NCBI RefSeq assembly: GCF_006345805.1
Contig: NC_043015.1
Span: 30,442,001 to 30,506,000 of the forward strand
Length of the DNA: 64,000 bases
Direction of reading: 5' to 3'
Origin: Octopus sinensis
Taxonomy: Eukaryota
Position 1 is the stretch's first letter. Every line of letters starts with the position of its first letter. This document shows positions 50,184 to 61,181 of the stretch, one piece after another. A model generated the notes under the pieces. The model was given only the letters and a program-made list of their open reading frames with translations, made no database searches and was not told the DNA's origin. A program made the position numbers and the translations under genes.

Positions 50184-50300
50184 GTTTTCGAATTTCAGTC
50201 CATATTTAAGTGGAACAAGGAAACATTTGAGACATTTGGAAAACAGATAAAAGCCAAAATGGTTTGGGAATTTGAAGACTCCAGCTTTGTTGAGCAATAG
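50184..50300 (+). CDS. Candidate terminal exon VFEFQSIFKWNKETFETFGKQIKAKMVWEFEDSSFVEQ*
   Basis: Strong acceptor ttttgttgttgttttgcatttag, 38 open codons of protein-like composition, phase 0 fits 32858-32894 or 44648-44749. Confidence 0.45.
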   Translation, partial: VFEFQSIFKWNKETFETFGKQIKAKMVWEFEDSSFVEQ

Positions 50301-50314
50301 ACATTAATCTAGGT

Positions 50315-50745
50315 CAGTGCTTTTCAAACTTTTTTGCTGGAGCGGAACCCCAAGGAAACATTCCACTGGCTCGAGGAACCCCTGTGCAATAATTTAATAG
50401 TCTTATGCACACATATCTGCACAGGAGAATTAAAAATTACTGCCAATTTTAGCAGTTTTGTAACTTCTTGCGGAAGCCTTGTGAATGGATTTGGTAGACG
50501 GAAACTGAAAGAAGCCCATCGTATATATGTGTATATATATATATATGTTTGTGTGTGTGTTTGTCCTCTTAGTATTGCTTGACAACTGATGGTGGTGTGT
50601 TTATGTCCCCGTAGCTTAGCGGTTCGGCAAAAGAGACCGATAGAATAAGTACTAGGCTTACAAAGAATAAGTCCTGGGGTCGATTTGCTCAACTAAAAGC
50701 GGTGCTCCAGCATGGCCACAGTCAAATGACTGAAACATATAAAAA
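50315..50745 (+). mobile_element. hAT MITE left end followed by a SINE B 3' half
   Basis: CAGTGCTTTTCAAACTTTTT terminus after a tctagg target; SINE B from about 50475. Confidence 0.65.
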
Positions 50746-51079
50746 AAAAAAAAAAAAACTGAGTGACAATATACAGACTCTTATAGATGGTCTGCATTGT
50801 TGTTGGTATTGATGTATCTGTCACCATCATCACCACCATTGTCATCGTCGTCATCATCATCATTGTCATCAGCAGCAGCAGCTGCAGCACCGTCACCACC
50901 ACCACCACCACCACACCACCACCACCACCACCACCACCACCACCACCATGATCGTCACCAAATTAGTGAACCAGTGGCGACCTTATTAATCTAATGATTT
51001 ACAGAAAAGGTTAACACTTTGATATTGGTAATTGTCATAGAGATATTGTTGTTGCTGTTGTTGTCGTAGTTATAAGGGT

Positions 51080-51430
51080 GGTGGGAGATGTTGTGATGGT
51101 GGTGGCAGTGGTGTGGTGGTGGTGGTGGTAGTGGTGTGGTGGTACTGGTGTGGTGAGGGTGGTGGTAGTGGTATGATGGTGGTAGTGATGTGGTGGTGGT
51201 AGTGGTGTGGTGGTGGTGGTGGTAGTGTGTGGTGGTGGTAATGGTGATGTTGTGGTGGTGGTGTGGTGTGATGGTGGTAGTGATGTGGTGGTGGTAGTAA
51301 TGTGGCGATGGAGATGGTAGTGGTGTGATGATGGTGATTGATGCTGTTGTTGGTTTGGTAGTAGTAGTAGTGTTGTTGTTGTATGGCAGTAGGAGTAATG
51401 GTTAGTGATGTTCTTGTGGTGGTGGTTGCG
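51080..51430. repeat. (GGT)n-rich trinucleotide array
   Basis: Direct reading; complementary to the array at 49210-49800. Confidence 0.95.
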
Positions 51431-51734
51431 GCAGTCAAGTATGTGGTGGTCAAGGTTACGGTGTGGCATGGCTACAATGTTGATGATAAAGTGCGGATGT
51501 TGTGTCAGATGTCAATGTGATGCAGAGTAGAGGATACAGTATTGTTGTTTAAGGTAATATGATGTGGTATTTTACTGATGTGTTGCTGGTATAGTATAGA
51601 ACAGTGTGATGTAGTGTACATGAAGTGGTGTGACTGATGTGGGGGAAGTGTAGCGTGATGTCATGCTATGTGGTACATTGTTGTTTAGTAGAGTGGGTCA
51701 GATATGTGGAGGCATTATTTAGTGTGATACGAGG

Positions 51735-52110
51735 CAGCAAGCTGGCAGAGTTGTTAGCATGCTGGATGAAATGCTTAGAGGTATTTTGTCTGCCGCTACG
51801 TTCTGAGTTCAAATTCCGCCGAGGTCGACTTTGCCTTTCATCCTTTCGGGGTCGATAAATTAAGTACCAGTTATGCACTGGGGTCGATATAAACGACTTA
51901 ATCGGTTTGTCTGTCCTTGTTTGTCCCCTCTGTGTTTAGCCCCTTGTGGGTAGTAAAGAAATAGGCATTTCGCCTGTCACTACATTCTGAGCTCAAATTC
52001 TGCCGAGGTCGACTTTACCATTCATCCTTTCTGGGTTGATAAATTAAGTACCAGTTGCGTAGTGGGGGCAATGTAATTTACTATCCCCCTCCCCAAAACT
52101 TCAGGCCTTA
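51735..52110 (+). mobile_element. Two tandem SINE A copies
   Basis: Family match; the second copy is 5'-truncated. Confidence 0.85.
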
Positions 52111-52321
52111 TGCCTATAGTGGAAAGGATTATTTTGTGTGATGTAGTTGACGTTGTGTGATTGGTGTTGTGAGTTTGACGTTGTGTGGTTAGTGTTGTTT
52201 GATTGATGTGAGTTTGATGTTGTGTGATTGAGTACAGTAGCTGACATTGTGTGGAGATGTTGTGTGGTTGATGTTGTATGATTGGTGTCGTGAGTTTGAT
52301 GTTGTGTGATGATTGAGTTGT

Positions 52322-52706
52322 GTAGTCATCATCATCATTGTTCGACCGTGGTCGAGACAATGGAATTTACTATGTTACGCCAGACTTCACGGTCCATCAT
52401 AGCATTACGGAGGTCCTGTTACTGGATGCCTGTATCCCTGGAGATTACATCAGGGTATGAAAGTGTGCGCCCTCTGGTATCGCGAGCAGATGGCTTCCAG
52501 AGGAGAAGAGTAGAAATTACCTCGTTTTCGGCTCTGCAACAATGTCCAGCAAACTGGACTCTTCTACCTTTCACAAGAGATGATACAGGTGGTAATTTCC
52601 CATATATTTGTACTTTGGTTGGATGACGCTTCCACAAGAGATTTTGAGCTCTCATAAGGAGACGAGTGTAAGTTCCATCCAACCACCTCTCAAGCTTCTT
52701 TGACAT
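52322..52706 (-). mobile_element. RTE-clade LINE 3' end with (TGA)n tail, inside a GATGTTGTGTG-type minisatellite (52130-52830)
   Basis: LDGTYTRLLMRAQNLLWKRHPTKVQIYGKLPPVSSLVKGRRVQFAGHC...DREVWRS. Confidence 0.85.
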
Positions 52707-52859
52707 GTAGTTGACATTGTGTGGAGATGCTGTGTGGTTGACATTGTGTGATTGGTTTTGTGCAATTGGTCGATGTTGTGTGGTTGATGCTGTGTCATTG
52801 ATATTGTTTGATGTTGTGTGGTTAGTGTTGTGAGATTAAAAAGGTAAGCTAAAGTTACC

Positions 52860-53085
52860 TTCTCAAGTCATGCTGATTCATAAGGGCCAGTTTCCTGGTT
52901 TCATGGACTAACACACCTGGATGGGACACCGGTCCATCGCAGGATTACTCATTTTTGCCAGCTGAGTGAACTGGAGCGACGTGAAATGAAATGTTTTACT
53001 CAAGAACACAACACACCACCCAGTCCAGGAATCGAAACCACAACCTTATGTTCATGAGTCCAATACCATAACGACTAAGCCACAT
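52860..53085 (-). mobile_element. tRNA-derived SINE
   Basis: Minus strand gtggcttagtcgttatggtattggactcatgaacataaggttgtggtttcgattcc head. Confidence 0.75.
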
Positions 53086-53224
53086 ATTCTATGTACTATT
53101 CATGCACTTTTGGTTACTTCTTCTGATGAGCTTTAGTGCACCTGGGTACTCTATACAATAAGTTCATTATTTCTATATCATTAATGCGATTCTCTATCAT
53201 TTAATGTTGAAACATATCATTTAT

Positions 53225-53727
53225 TCATGCTGAGAGTTGCTGAAGCATGGAACAAACTGCTGGCATCAGTTGTTAGTTGTCGGAGCACTGCATCCTTCAA
53301 AACTTCCATGCTTCCTGAGATTCGCCAACACTACACCTGATTTTCTCCCCTCCATACACACGCAAGCATGTATCTGACTCATACACAGTTTACTTCCCAG
53401 ACATTTGTACATTACTGCACATGCTTTATACACACTTTTGGCAAGTTGTGGTGCACCTGAGCACTGTATACAATAATTTCATTATTATTATTATTATTGT
53501 GGCATGCAAAAAACACCATCCGGGCGTGGCCGTTTGCCAGCCTCGTCTGGCACCTGTGTCGGTGGCACATAAAAAGCACCCACTACACTCACGGAGTGGT
53601 TGGCGTTAGGAAGGGCATCAAGCCGTAGAAACACCGCCAGATCTGACTGGCCTGGTGCAGCCTTCTGGCTTCCCAGACCCCAGTTGAACCGTCCAACCCA
53701 TGCTAGCATGGAAAGCGGACGCTAAAC

Positions 53728-53757
<30 letters not shown>
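53225..53757 (+). mobile_element. CR1 3' end followed by SINE C
   Basis: LRVAEAWNKL...QHYT* with an (ATT)n tail, then SINE C ending in (GAT)n. Confidence 0.85.
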
Positions 53758-53758
<1 letters not shown>

Positions 53759-54198
53759 ATTATTTTATTCATTCAATGAAGCCAGCTACTGTTTAATGTG
53801 ATCAGCTATTGTTTAATGTGGCCTTCTATCAGTTATTGTGATCAAATATCATTTTTGCCAATTCTTTTCTCTCTGCAGAAATGAAATATCAAAAACACAT
53901 TACAGCAATTAGGTTTTTTTGTTATAGAACTGCTGCTGGATGGATGATTGACATTCTGGAGAGAACTTGGAGAACCAATCAGCTATGTAACCATTCTCTC
54001 CAGCACCAGCTTCACTTGTCTCAAAACAACACAAAAACAACTTCATTCTTCATCAATGGCAGCTATCTTATTGATTTCACTTTCATTACAGTACATTTGC
54101 ATAATTGATAATAACAATAAGTTTGTTGTTGTTGTTGTTATTATTTTTAATATTTACAAATAATGAAGGTGGCAAATTAGAAACACTGTTAACATGCG

Positions 54199-54820
54199 AG
54201 GGTGGCAAGCAGGCAGAATCGTTAGCATGCCGGGCGAAATGCTTAGTGGTATTTTGTCTGCCGTTACGTTCTGAGTTCAAATTCTGCCGTGGTCGACTTT
54301 GCCTTTCATCCTTTCGGTGGTCGATTAAATAAGTACCAGTTATGCACTGGGGTCGATAAAATCAACTTAATACGTGTGTCTGTCCTTGTTTGTCCTTTCT
54401 GTGTTTAGCCACTTGTGGGTAGTAAAGAAATAGGTATGCATGTCTGCTGTTACATTCTGAGTTCAAATTCCGCCAAGGTCGACTTTGCCTTTCATCCTTT
54501 CTGGGTCGATAAATTAAGTACCAGTTACGCACTGGGGTCGATGTAATCGACTTAATCCCTTTGTCTGTCCTTGTTTGTCCTCTCTGTGTTTAGCCCCTTG
54601 TGGGTAATAAAGAAATAAGAACTGTTAACACACTGGATAAAATGCTTAGTGGTATTTCATCCATATTTATGTTCTGAGTTCAAATTCTGCTAGTATTGAC
54701 CTTGCCTTTTTATCCCTTTTGAGGGTTGATAAAACAAGAACCAGTTGAGCACTGGGGTTGATTTAATTAACTTAGCCCCTCCCCTTAAACTGCTGGCCTT
54801 ATACCAAAATTTGGAACCAA
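54199..54820 (+). mobile_element. Three tandem SINE A copies
   Basis: Repeated gttctgagttcaaattc...gtcgactttgcctttcatcc units. Confidence 0.85.
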
Positions 54821-55174
54821 TATTTACAAATGGTTAAAGTGATGTCCTGACAGAAAGGTTAGAATGTTTGACTAAATGTTTTGCAGTATGAGCTGATGAG
54901 AGAAGGCTCCACAGGGTTCCTTGACCTACTAGAAATACCTGTCAAATCTCCCTTAGATCACACTATACTGTCTTAAAAATAGATGGTCTCATTGGTTTAT
55001 GTAGTCCTTTTTATACTCCAAAACGATAGACTTGTCAAGCCTCAGTCCAAACTTTCCACACACATGCACACCACAAAATTTTGATTGTAGATCAAAGCTG
55101 ACCTAAGCCTAAATGACAGCAACAACCATTTTGCAGTTTTAACTTCATTATTTCTTTTTTTTTTTTTTTTCACT

Positions 55175-55550
55175 CAAGAGATCATCGATACCTGTAAAAG
55201 GCATGAAACGTGGCTTTCAACTGGTGATGGAAGTGCTCCACCATTCCATTAGGTGCAGGATGATAACTGGTAGTACAGATCCGTTGAGTACCAATGGTTT
55301 TTGTGAGTTCTGAAAAAAAGATGAGATTCAAATTGTGTACCACAGTCTGTAGTAATGGTGATAGGAACACCGTAACATGATATCCAACCAGCTATGAGGG
55401 CTTGCGCTATTCAGCAGAAATATTGCTTAGCAAGATGATTCCAGGCCATCAGGTCAAATGGTCAATGCAGGTCAGGATGTAAGAATATTTATGACTGACA
55501 GGCCAGGGTCCCACAAGATCAGTATGAGTGTGGGGGAAACGTGCATCAGG
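55175..55550 (-). mobile_element. Ty3/gypsy integrase core fragment
   Basis: PDARFPHTHTDLVGP, ILTCIDHLT.WP, GWISCYGVPITITTDCGTQFES, TTSYHPAPNGMVEHFHHQLKA (D..D..E region); stops and frameshifts; no LTRs seen. Confidence 0.85.
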
Positions 55551-55639
55551 AGTACTAAAAGTGCTGAAAGGGATGTGTCAGGGCTGGACTAATGTAATAA
55601 CAATTCTACCAGCTTGCCACTTTACCATAATACTAATAA

Positions 55640-55850
55640 TTCTTTCTACTGGAAGCACAAATTTGGGGGAAGAGACTAAGTCAATTGCATCAACCTCAGT
55701 GCGCAATTGGTACTAATTTTATCAATCCCCAAAAGGATGAAAGGCAAAGTCGACCTTGGCAGAATTTGAACTCAGAATGCAATGGCAGATGAAATACTGC
55801 TAAGCATTTCGCCTAGCGTGCTAACGATTCTGCCAGCTTGCCACCCTTAC
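55640..55850 (-). mobile_element. SINE family A
   Basis: Family match. Confidence 0.8.
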
Positions 55851-55853
55851 CAT

Positions 55854-55900
<47 letters not shown>

Positions 55901-56494
55901 TGATGGAGCTAATTAGTTTTTGCTCTTTCTGTACAAAAAAATAAAGGAGGAAAGAGTTGGGGGCGTTGGAACTAGGGCAAACTTTATCAGGAGCATTAAG
56001 GTTGATGGTGGTGGTGGTGGTGGTGGCAGCGGTGATGACAATGACAACAGTGATGACGACAACTATGATGATGATGATGATGATGATGATGATATAGTTT
56101 GCAACAATAACGATGATGTTGATGCTGTTAGAAAAGATGGCAGTGGCAGTAGTTGCGATAACAACCATTATTATGATGAGGATGTGATGTGATAATGACA
56201 ACCAAATCCATCTAAGCACATCGACAATAAGAACAACAATAGTAACAATGAATATGACAACAATAATCATTTTTAGTTGTTCCAGAGTGAGAAAAAAAAA
56301 AGGTGAGGGGTGGAGGAAGAGGGGGAGTGGGTGTTGGAACTCTGGAAAGGTCAACAGTGTCAAGGAGATCAGTTTCCAGTCTGGTGAAATGAACGATAAT
56401 TCTTTTATATGAAACAGAAAAATTTCATTAGAAATCACTCAATAATTGCCAGCTCTGCTTATATACACTGCTTATATACATGCAGATACATGGA

Positions 56495-56525
<31 letters not shown>

Positions 56526-56649
56526 ATATATGTAAGTGACTGGAATAAATATCTCATAAACATAACAGGTTCAATGATGAAGTATAATTCCAGTTAATGG
56601 GATAATAATAATAACAACAACAACAATAATAATAATTATTATTATTATT

Positions 56650-57055
56650 ATTTCAAATTTTTGCCACATGGGCAGCTTGTGAGAGGTGGGGATGAGTGAA
56701 TTACACCGACCCCAGTGTTCAACTGGTACTTATTTTATCGACCTCGAAAGGATAAAAGGCAAAGTCGACTTCAGTGGAATTTGAACTTAGAATGTAAAGA
56801 CAGGCGAAATGCCGCTAAGCATTTTTCCCAGTTTGCTAACGATTCTGCCAGCTGACAACAACGATGATGATAATAATGATGATGATGATGATGAATGATT
56901 TCTTATTTCTTTATTGCCCACAAGGGGCTAAACATAGAGGGGACAAACAAGGACAGACAAACGGATTAAGTCGATTACATCGACCCCAGTGCGTAACTGG
57001 TACTTATTTAATCGACCCCGAAAGGATGAAAGGCAAAGTTGACCTCGGTGGAATC
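56650..57055 (-). mobile_element. Two SINE A copies separated by (GAT)n
   Basis: Family match. Confidence 0.8.
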
Positions 57056-57249
57056 ATGATGAATGATTTCTTTCAATGGCCACAAGGGCCGAGGACATGG
57101 AGAACAATATCAAAGGATGAGATACAACAAACAAAACACACACACACAAAAAAAAACATGGGGTTTACATCAATCAAAGGGAGACACTTTGTTGAAAAGA
57201 CAGAAAACACAAAGAATTCAATGCATTGATCTCTGGCTCTATCATGGCC

Positions 57250-57580
57250 CCCAAATCACATAGAAGAATGGTGACCATAACTGGAAATACTGAGAATGTT
57301 GAAGCAAGAACTGGAATGTGAGTCAAGCCTCAAACATTTTAAGCTTATCAGGAAAGCTAAAGCCATGTCCAGATGTATTAAACTGAAAGTTTTCAATGAC
57401 ATCTTGCTATATAGTTCTGTAAAATATGTTGTCCTCGATAGGACAAATATCTTCAGAAACGTCCAAACATTCATTAACACGTGACCCAGAAACATCCTAA
57501 ACATTAGATATCCAGAAATGGTGAACAACAAAGACTGCTGGGCCAAAGACAAGTAGGAACCATTAGCCAACAAACAGCAA
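57250..57580 (+). mobile_element. Degenerate RTE-clade LINE fragment
   Basis: KAKAMSRCIKLKVFN..LLY...NIFRNVQTFINT..RNILNIRYPEMVNNKD. Confidence 0.7.
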
Positions 57581-57759
57581 GACACACATAGAAATAAGTA
57601 GGGTATACACTATCTGGGTATGTGAACATCTTTGTATCCATGTATCTATGAATATATATACACACACACACATATACATATATATATATATATATATATG
57701 TGCATATATATATATATGTGTGTGTGTGTGTGTATATATATATTGAGACTCCATTTGGT

Positions 57760-58083
57760 GATGTTGGACCATGAGATTGCACCTAGAAAGTTACCCTCCT
57801 AGGCACAAGTCTGGGTAAGGTTGTTTATGGAAGACCAGTAGTCGCCCATGCATACCAGCCTCCCCTCTCTACGCAACCAGTGTTGTTCAAGAGAAAGGCA
57901 GAGGGGCCGATACAGTTTGGCACCAGTGACATCGCAACTCATTTCTACAGCTGAGTGAACTGGAGCAACGTGAAATAAAGTGCCTTGCTCAAGAACACAA
58001 CACACAGCCCAGTCTGGGATTCGCACTCACAACCTTACGATCATAAGCTCGACTCTCTAACCACTGAGCCATGCGCCCTCACA
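57760..58083 (-). mobile_element. tRNA-derived SINE, near full length
   Basis: Minus strand gagggcgcatggctcagtggttagagagtcg head; the body matches 37181-37380. Confidence 0.85.
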
Positions 58084-58375
58084 TAATATATATATATATG
58101 TATATATGTATATGTATGTATGTATGCATGTATGTATATATATGATTATATAAGTAAAAAGCAAGAGATTACCCTAAAACGATTACCAGTTTGCACTCAG
58201 GTAGGTATTCAAAATATGTTTTTTAATAGTTAATATATAAATTCAATAAAGTTCTTATAAGATAAGAACTTAGGTGAATATCCTGTTGGATAATTCTGAA
58301 AATATTTCCTTAACCATAAAGGTTTCCTGGAGTATAAATATTGACAATATTAAAAATAAAGATTACTCCAAAGTA

Positions 58376-58583
58376 GCAACAGCATTACTTTTAATTCTAT
58401 GATTATATCCTGCCTTTTAAGACCAACACATGTTGCACCAATTAGTAATCGTTGTAATTGCAACCCTACTATAAAATGGTGCAGTCTCTTCAAGGTCTTA
58501 ATTTGATATCCTCAGTGCAATTGAAACATGTGTTGGTCTTAAAAGGCAGGATATAATTATAGAATTAAAAGTAATGCTATTGC
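58376..58583. repeat. Inverted repeat, 59-bp arms (2 mismatches), 90-nt spacer with split hammerhead-like motifs
   Basis: 58376-58434 versus 58525-58583. Confidence 0.95.
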
Positions 58584-59029
58584 CATACACACACACACAT
58601 ATGATGGGTTTTTTTTCAGTTTTTCAGTTTCCCCTCTATCAAGTCCACTTACAAGGTTTTAGTTGGCCCAAGGCTATAATAGAAGACACTAGTAGAAGAC
58701 TGGACCTCGAACCATGTGGTTGGGAAGGAAATTTCTTACCACACACCTATGCTTGCTTCCTAAAAAAATGCAACTCTCTACAAAACTCACCTGACATTTA
58801 TATTTATTCAAACATCCTTGACTGCATTCAAACAAAGTAGTTTGCATGATTGACATGGAGTTGTTAACCAATGTTCTAGCTTTTGAGCCACAAATATCCT
58901 AACCCTTCATTCTACTACTATAGTGGCCTCTGATCTTTAGAGTTGGATGGTCTTGTGCCACTTCCACCTGGGTACATGCAACTCACTTGTTTCTCCTTTC
59001 ATTACCCATATTATGTCTACCCTTTCAAT

Positions 59030-59480
59030 CCCTTCCCTCCTAATTACTACACTACACCCAATCCTTCTAGAATTCCCTTTCTACTTAAGTTGTTCCTTCA
59101 TCTGTCAACGGACAGTAGTTCAAGTACACCAACTGCATCGATTTCCATATCCTTGATCTTAGAGGGTCTTTGCAGGACCTTCCCCTTCTTCCAAACCAGA
59201 CAAAGATCCACTTACTTTCCATCTCACACACTCAGTATTTTCCCATTTTACTTTTTGCTAAATGCTCCCTTTATCTCCACTCTTTCCCTGTTCATCCTTT
59301 CCATTCTGTCAATGACAGACCCCCCCCACCACCACTGCTTCAGTTCAGCCTTCTTTGCGCCTTAGACTTTGTGTCTTATAGTACCTATGTACTTTAGATA
59401 CCTTGTAATCTAAGGTACCTATGTACTTCAGACCTTGTCCCTGTGAATCTCTCACACATTGCCCACATTCTACATCACCT
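59030..59480 (-). mobile_element. Highly degenerate RTE-clade LINE 3' fragment
   Basis: Weak resemblance (LKYIG; DLKI..MEID...ELL); frames are broken. Confidence 0.35.
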
Positions 59481-60149
59481 GTGCTGCCATCTATCACGTC
59501 ATTGACCATGGGCCTAGGAACAGGGGGTGCAAGCATACCTCCCAGAATTGTTTGGGGGTACAAAATTAAAATTTGTGCCCCTACTAATATTTCTCAGGTT
59601 TAGGAAACAGTGCATAAAATGCGATCTGTAAAAAGAAGCTTGAAGTTAGATTTCTTCTCGAAGGACAAGGAACAAACATTTAAAAAAATAAAACAAGAAA
59701 ATTTTGTTTACAAAAAATTTCGGGTTTGCATCCCCTAAGGAAATTTTGTTCCCTACCCAATGTCCTTGACCCATCCTATTTCCTTCACCTTTATTCTTCC
59801 AAGCTGATTTTCATCATTAACCACAACTGTGTGTTCGCCATTCACTGATTCCCTTCTTATTCCCACCTCAATCCATCTGCCACTCTCCTTTCACACTCTT
59901 ATTATATTACCTACCCATTCTCCCTGTCCAGTCCACTGGATTATTTCTCTAAAGTTCGTCTTTCTGACATCTCGGCATCATCTCTCCTCTTCCAACTGGA
60001 GTGGCTATGTACATCTCTACTGCAAAATACCTGTTTCTATCCCCCTATCATACTTTAGTCACTCATCACTTGGTATAAGGCCACCTCCCTCAATACTACA
60101 CCCATTCAGCTGAGGGGTCTTGTCTAGCGAGTTATTCGGTGACCCCACT

Positions 60150-60335
60150 TATGTTGGCGCCATCTAAGAAACACCCAGTTATCTGTGAAGTAGTTAGCAT
60201 CAGGAAGGGTATCCAGCTGTAGAAGCCGTGCCAAAGCAGACATGGGAGATTAGCACAGGCCTCTGGCTTGTTGGTGCTTTTCAACGATCCAACCCATGCC
60301 AGCATGCAAAAAGGGACGTTAAACGACGACGATGA
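60150..60335 (+). mobile_element. SINE family C 3' part
   Basis: aggaagggtatccagctgtagaa...gttaaacgacgacgatg. Confidence 0.75.
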
Positions 60336-60638
60336 CCACACACACAAACACACAGTTGTTTATTTATCTATCTTACATTACATTTTGGTGTATGGTCGTG
60401 TGATAGTCTGTATGTTGTAAGATATGTGCTTACGTATGCCCATACGTAATCGCATTAATATAATTTGTGTCTTTGTATACATTTACATAACGATAGATAT
60501 ACATGTGTACATGTTTATGTGTGTGTGTGTGTATTCTTAAAAAGTCATTCATCTTCTCAAAGTTGAATATTGATATATTCCATCGAACATTAAGGAAAAC
60601 GAACCAACAAACTATGTTAACTTTCTGCTATGTTTCAG

Positions 60639-60679
60639 GAAGTCTATTTATGGTCTGAAACGATAAACTTCACGTCAAG
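60639..60679 (+). other. Candidate 41-nt exon (EVYLWSETINFTS(R) if coding, otherwise UTR)
   Basis: Strong acceptor actttctgctatgtttcag, AAG|gtgtgt donor. Confidence 0.3.
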
Positions 60680-60726
60680 GTGTGTGTTTCAGAAATTGAA
60701 ATTTAAAAAAAATAGGTCAAATACCG

Positions 60727-60762
<36 letters not shown>

Positions 60763-60969
60763 GCTCTATCTCCTTTCTCAAAAGACAAAAACACAATATA
60801 TATATATTAATTTACACAGCATAACTGAATGAAAAAAAACTTATGTTTTATAATGACTTTAATATACACGCGCAATTATTTTATAATTGTGTTACGGTAA
60901 TTTCGTTGTGACAGAGCAGACGAAAAAAATATTTGGTGCGGACCTGAAAACGCTTACTTCCTCTGCTAA

Positions 60970-61052
60970 ATGTTGTTGATAGCATCCGGGTTACTGGCGG
61001 AAACTAGGCAAGCAGACGACTTCCTGTTCCGCCATCGGGATGCGATTTATAA
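60970..61052 (+). CDS. Candidate coding exon MLLIASGLLAETRQADDFLFRHRDAIY(N) of an unidentified gene
   Basis: Open frame to AA|gtacgt; a 77-nt intron 61053-61129 with a pyrimidine tract ends in gacgcag. Confidence 0.4.
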
Positions 61053-61129
61053 GTACGTTTGATTCATTTTTAAACCAATTTCTCTCGTCTTTCTTCACAA
61101 CCGAATATTCCTTTCATATGTTGACGCAG

Positions 61130-61181
61130 CCACTTTACCTGTCCAGACAAGCCTGAGGACGTTCCTACCTTGATTTACAAG
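61130..61181 (+). CDS. Candidate coding exon (N)HFTCPDKPEDVPTLIYK
   Basis: Phase 2-0, AAG|gtgaga donor, in frame with 60970-61052. Confidence 0.45.

Noticed and set aside
53878-54108. Strong + strand acceptor followed by MKYQKHITAIRFFCYRTAAGW...
   Set aside because: No strong donor, the frame is ambiguous, and it cannot be linked to the neighbouring exon chains; may be UTR or chance.
149-58083. tRNA-like A/B boxes at several positions considered as tRNA genes
   Set aside because: All are SINE heads continuing into repeat bodies; none forms a complete cloverleaf.
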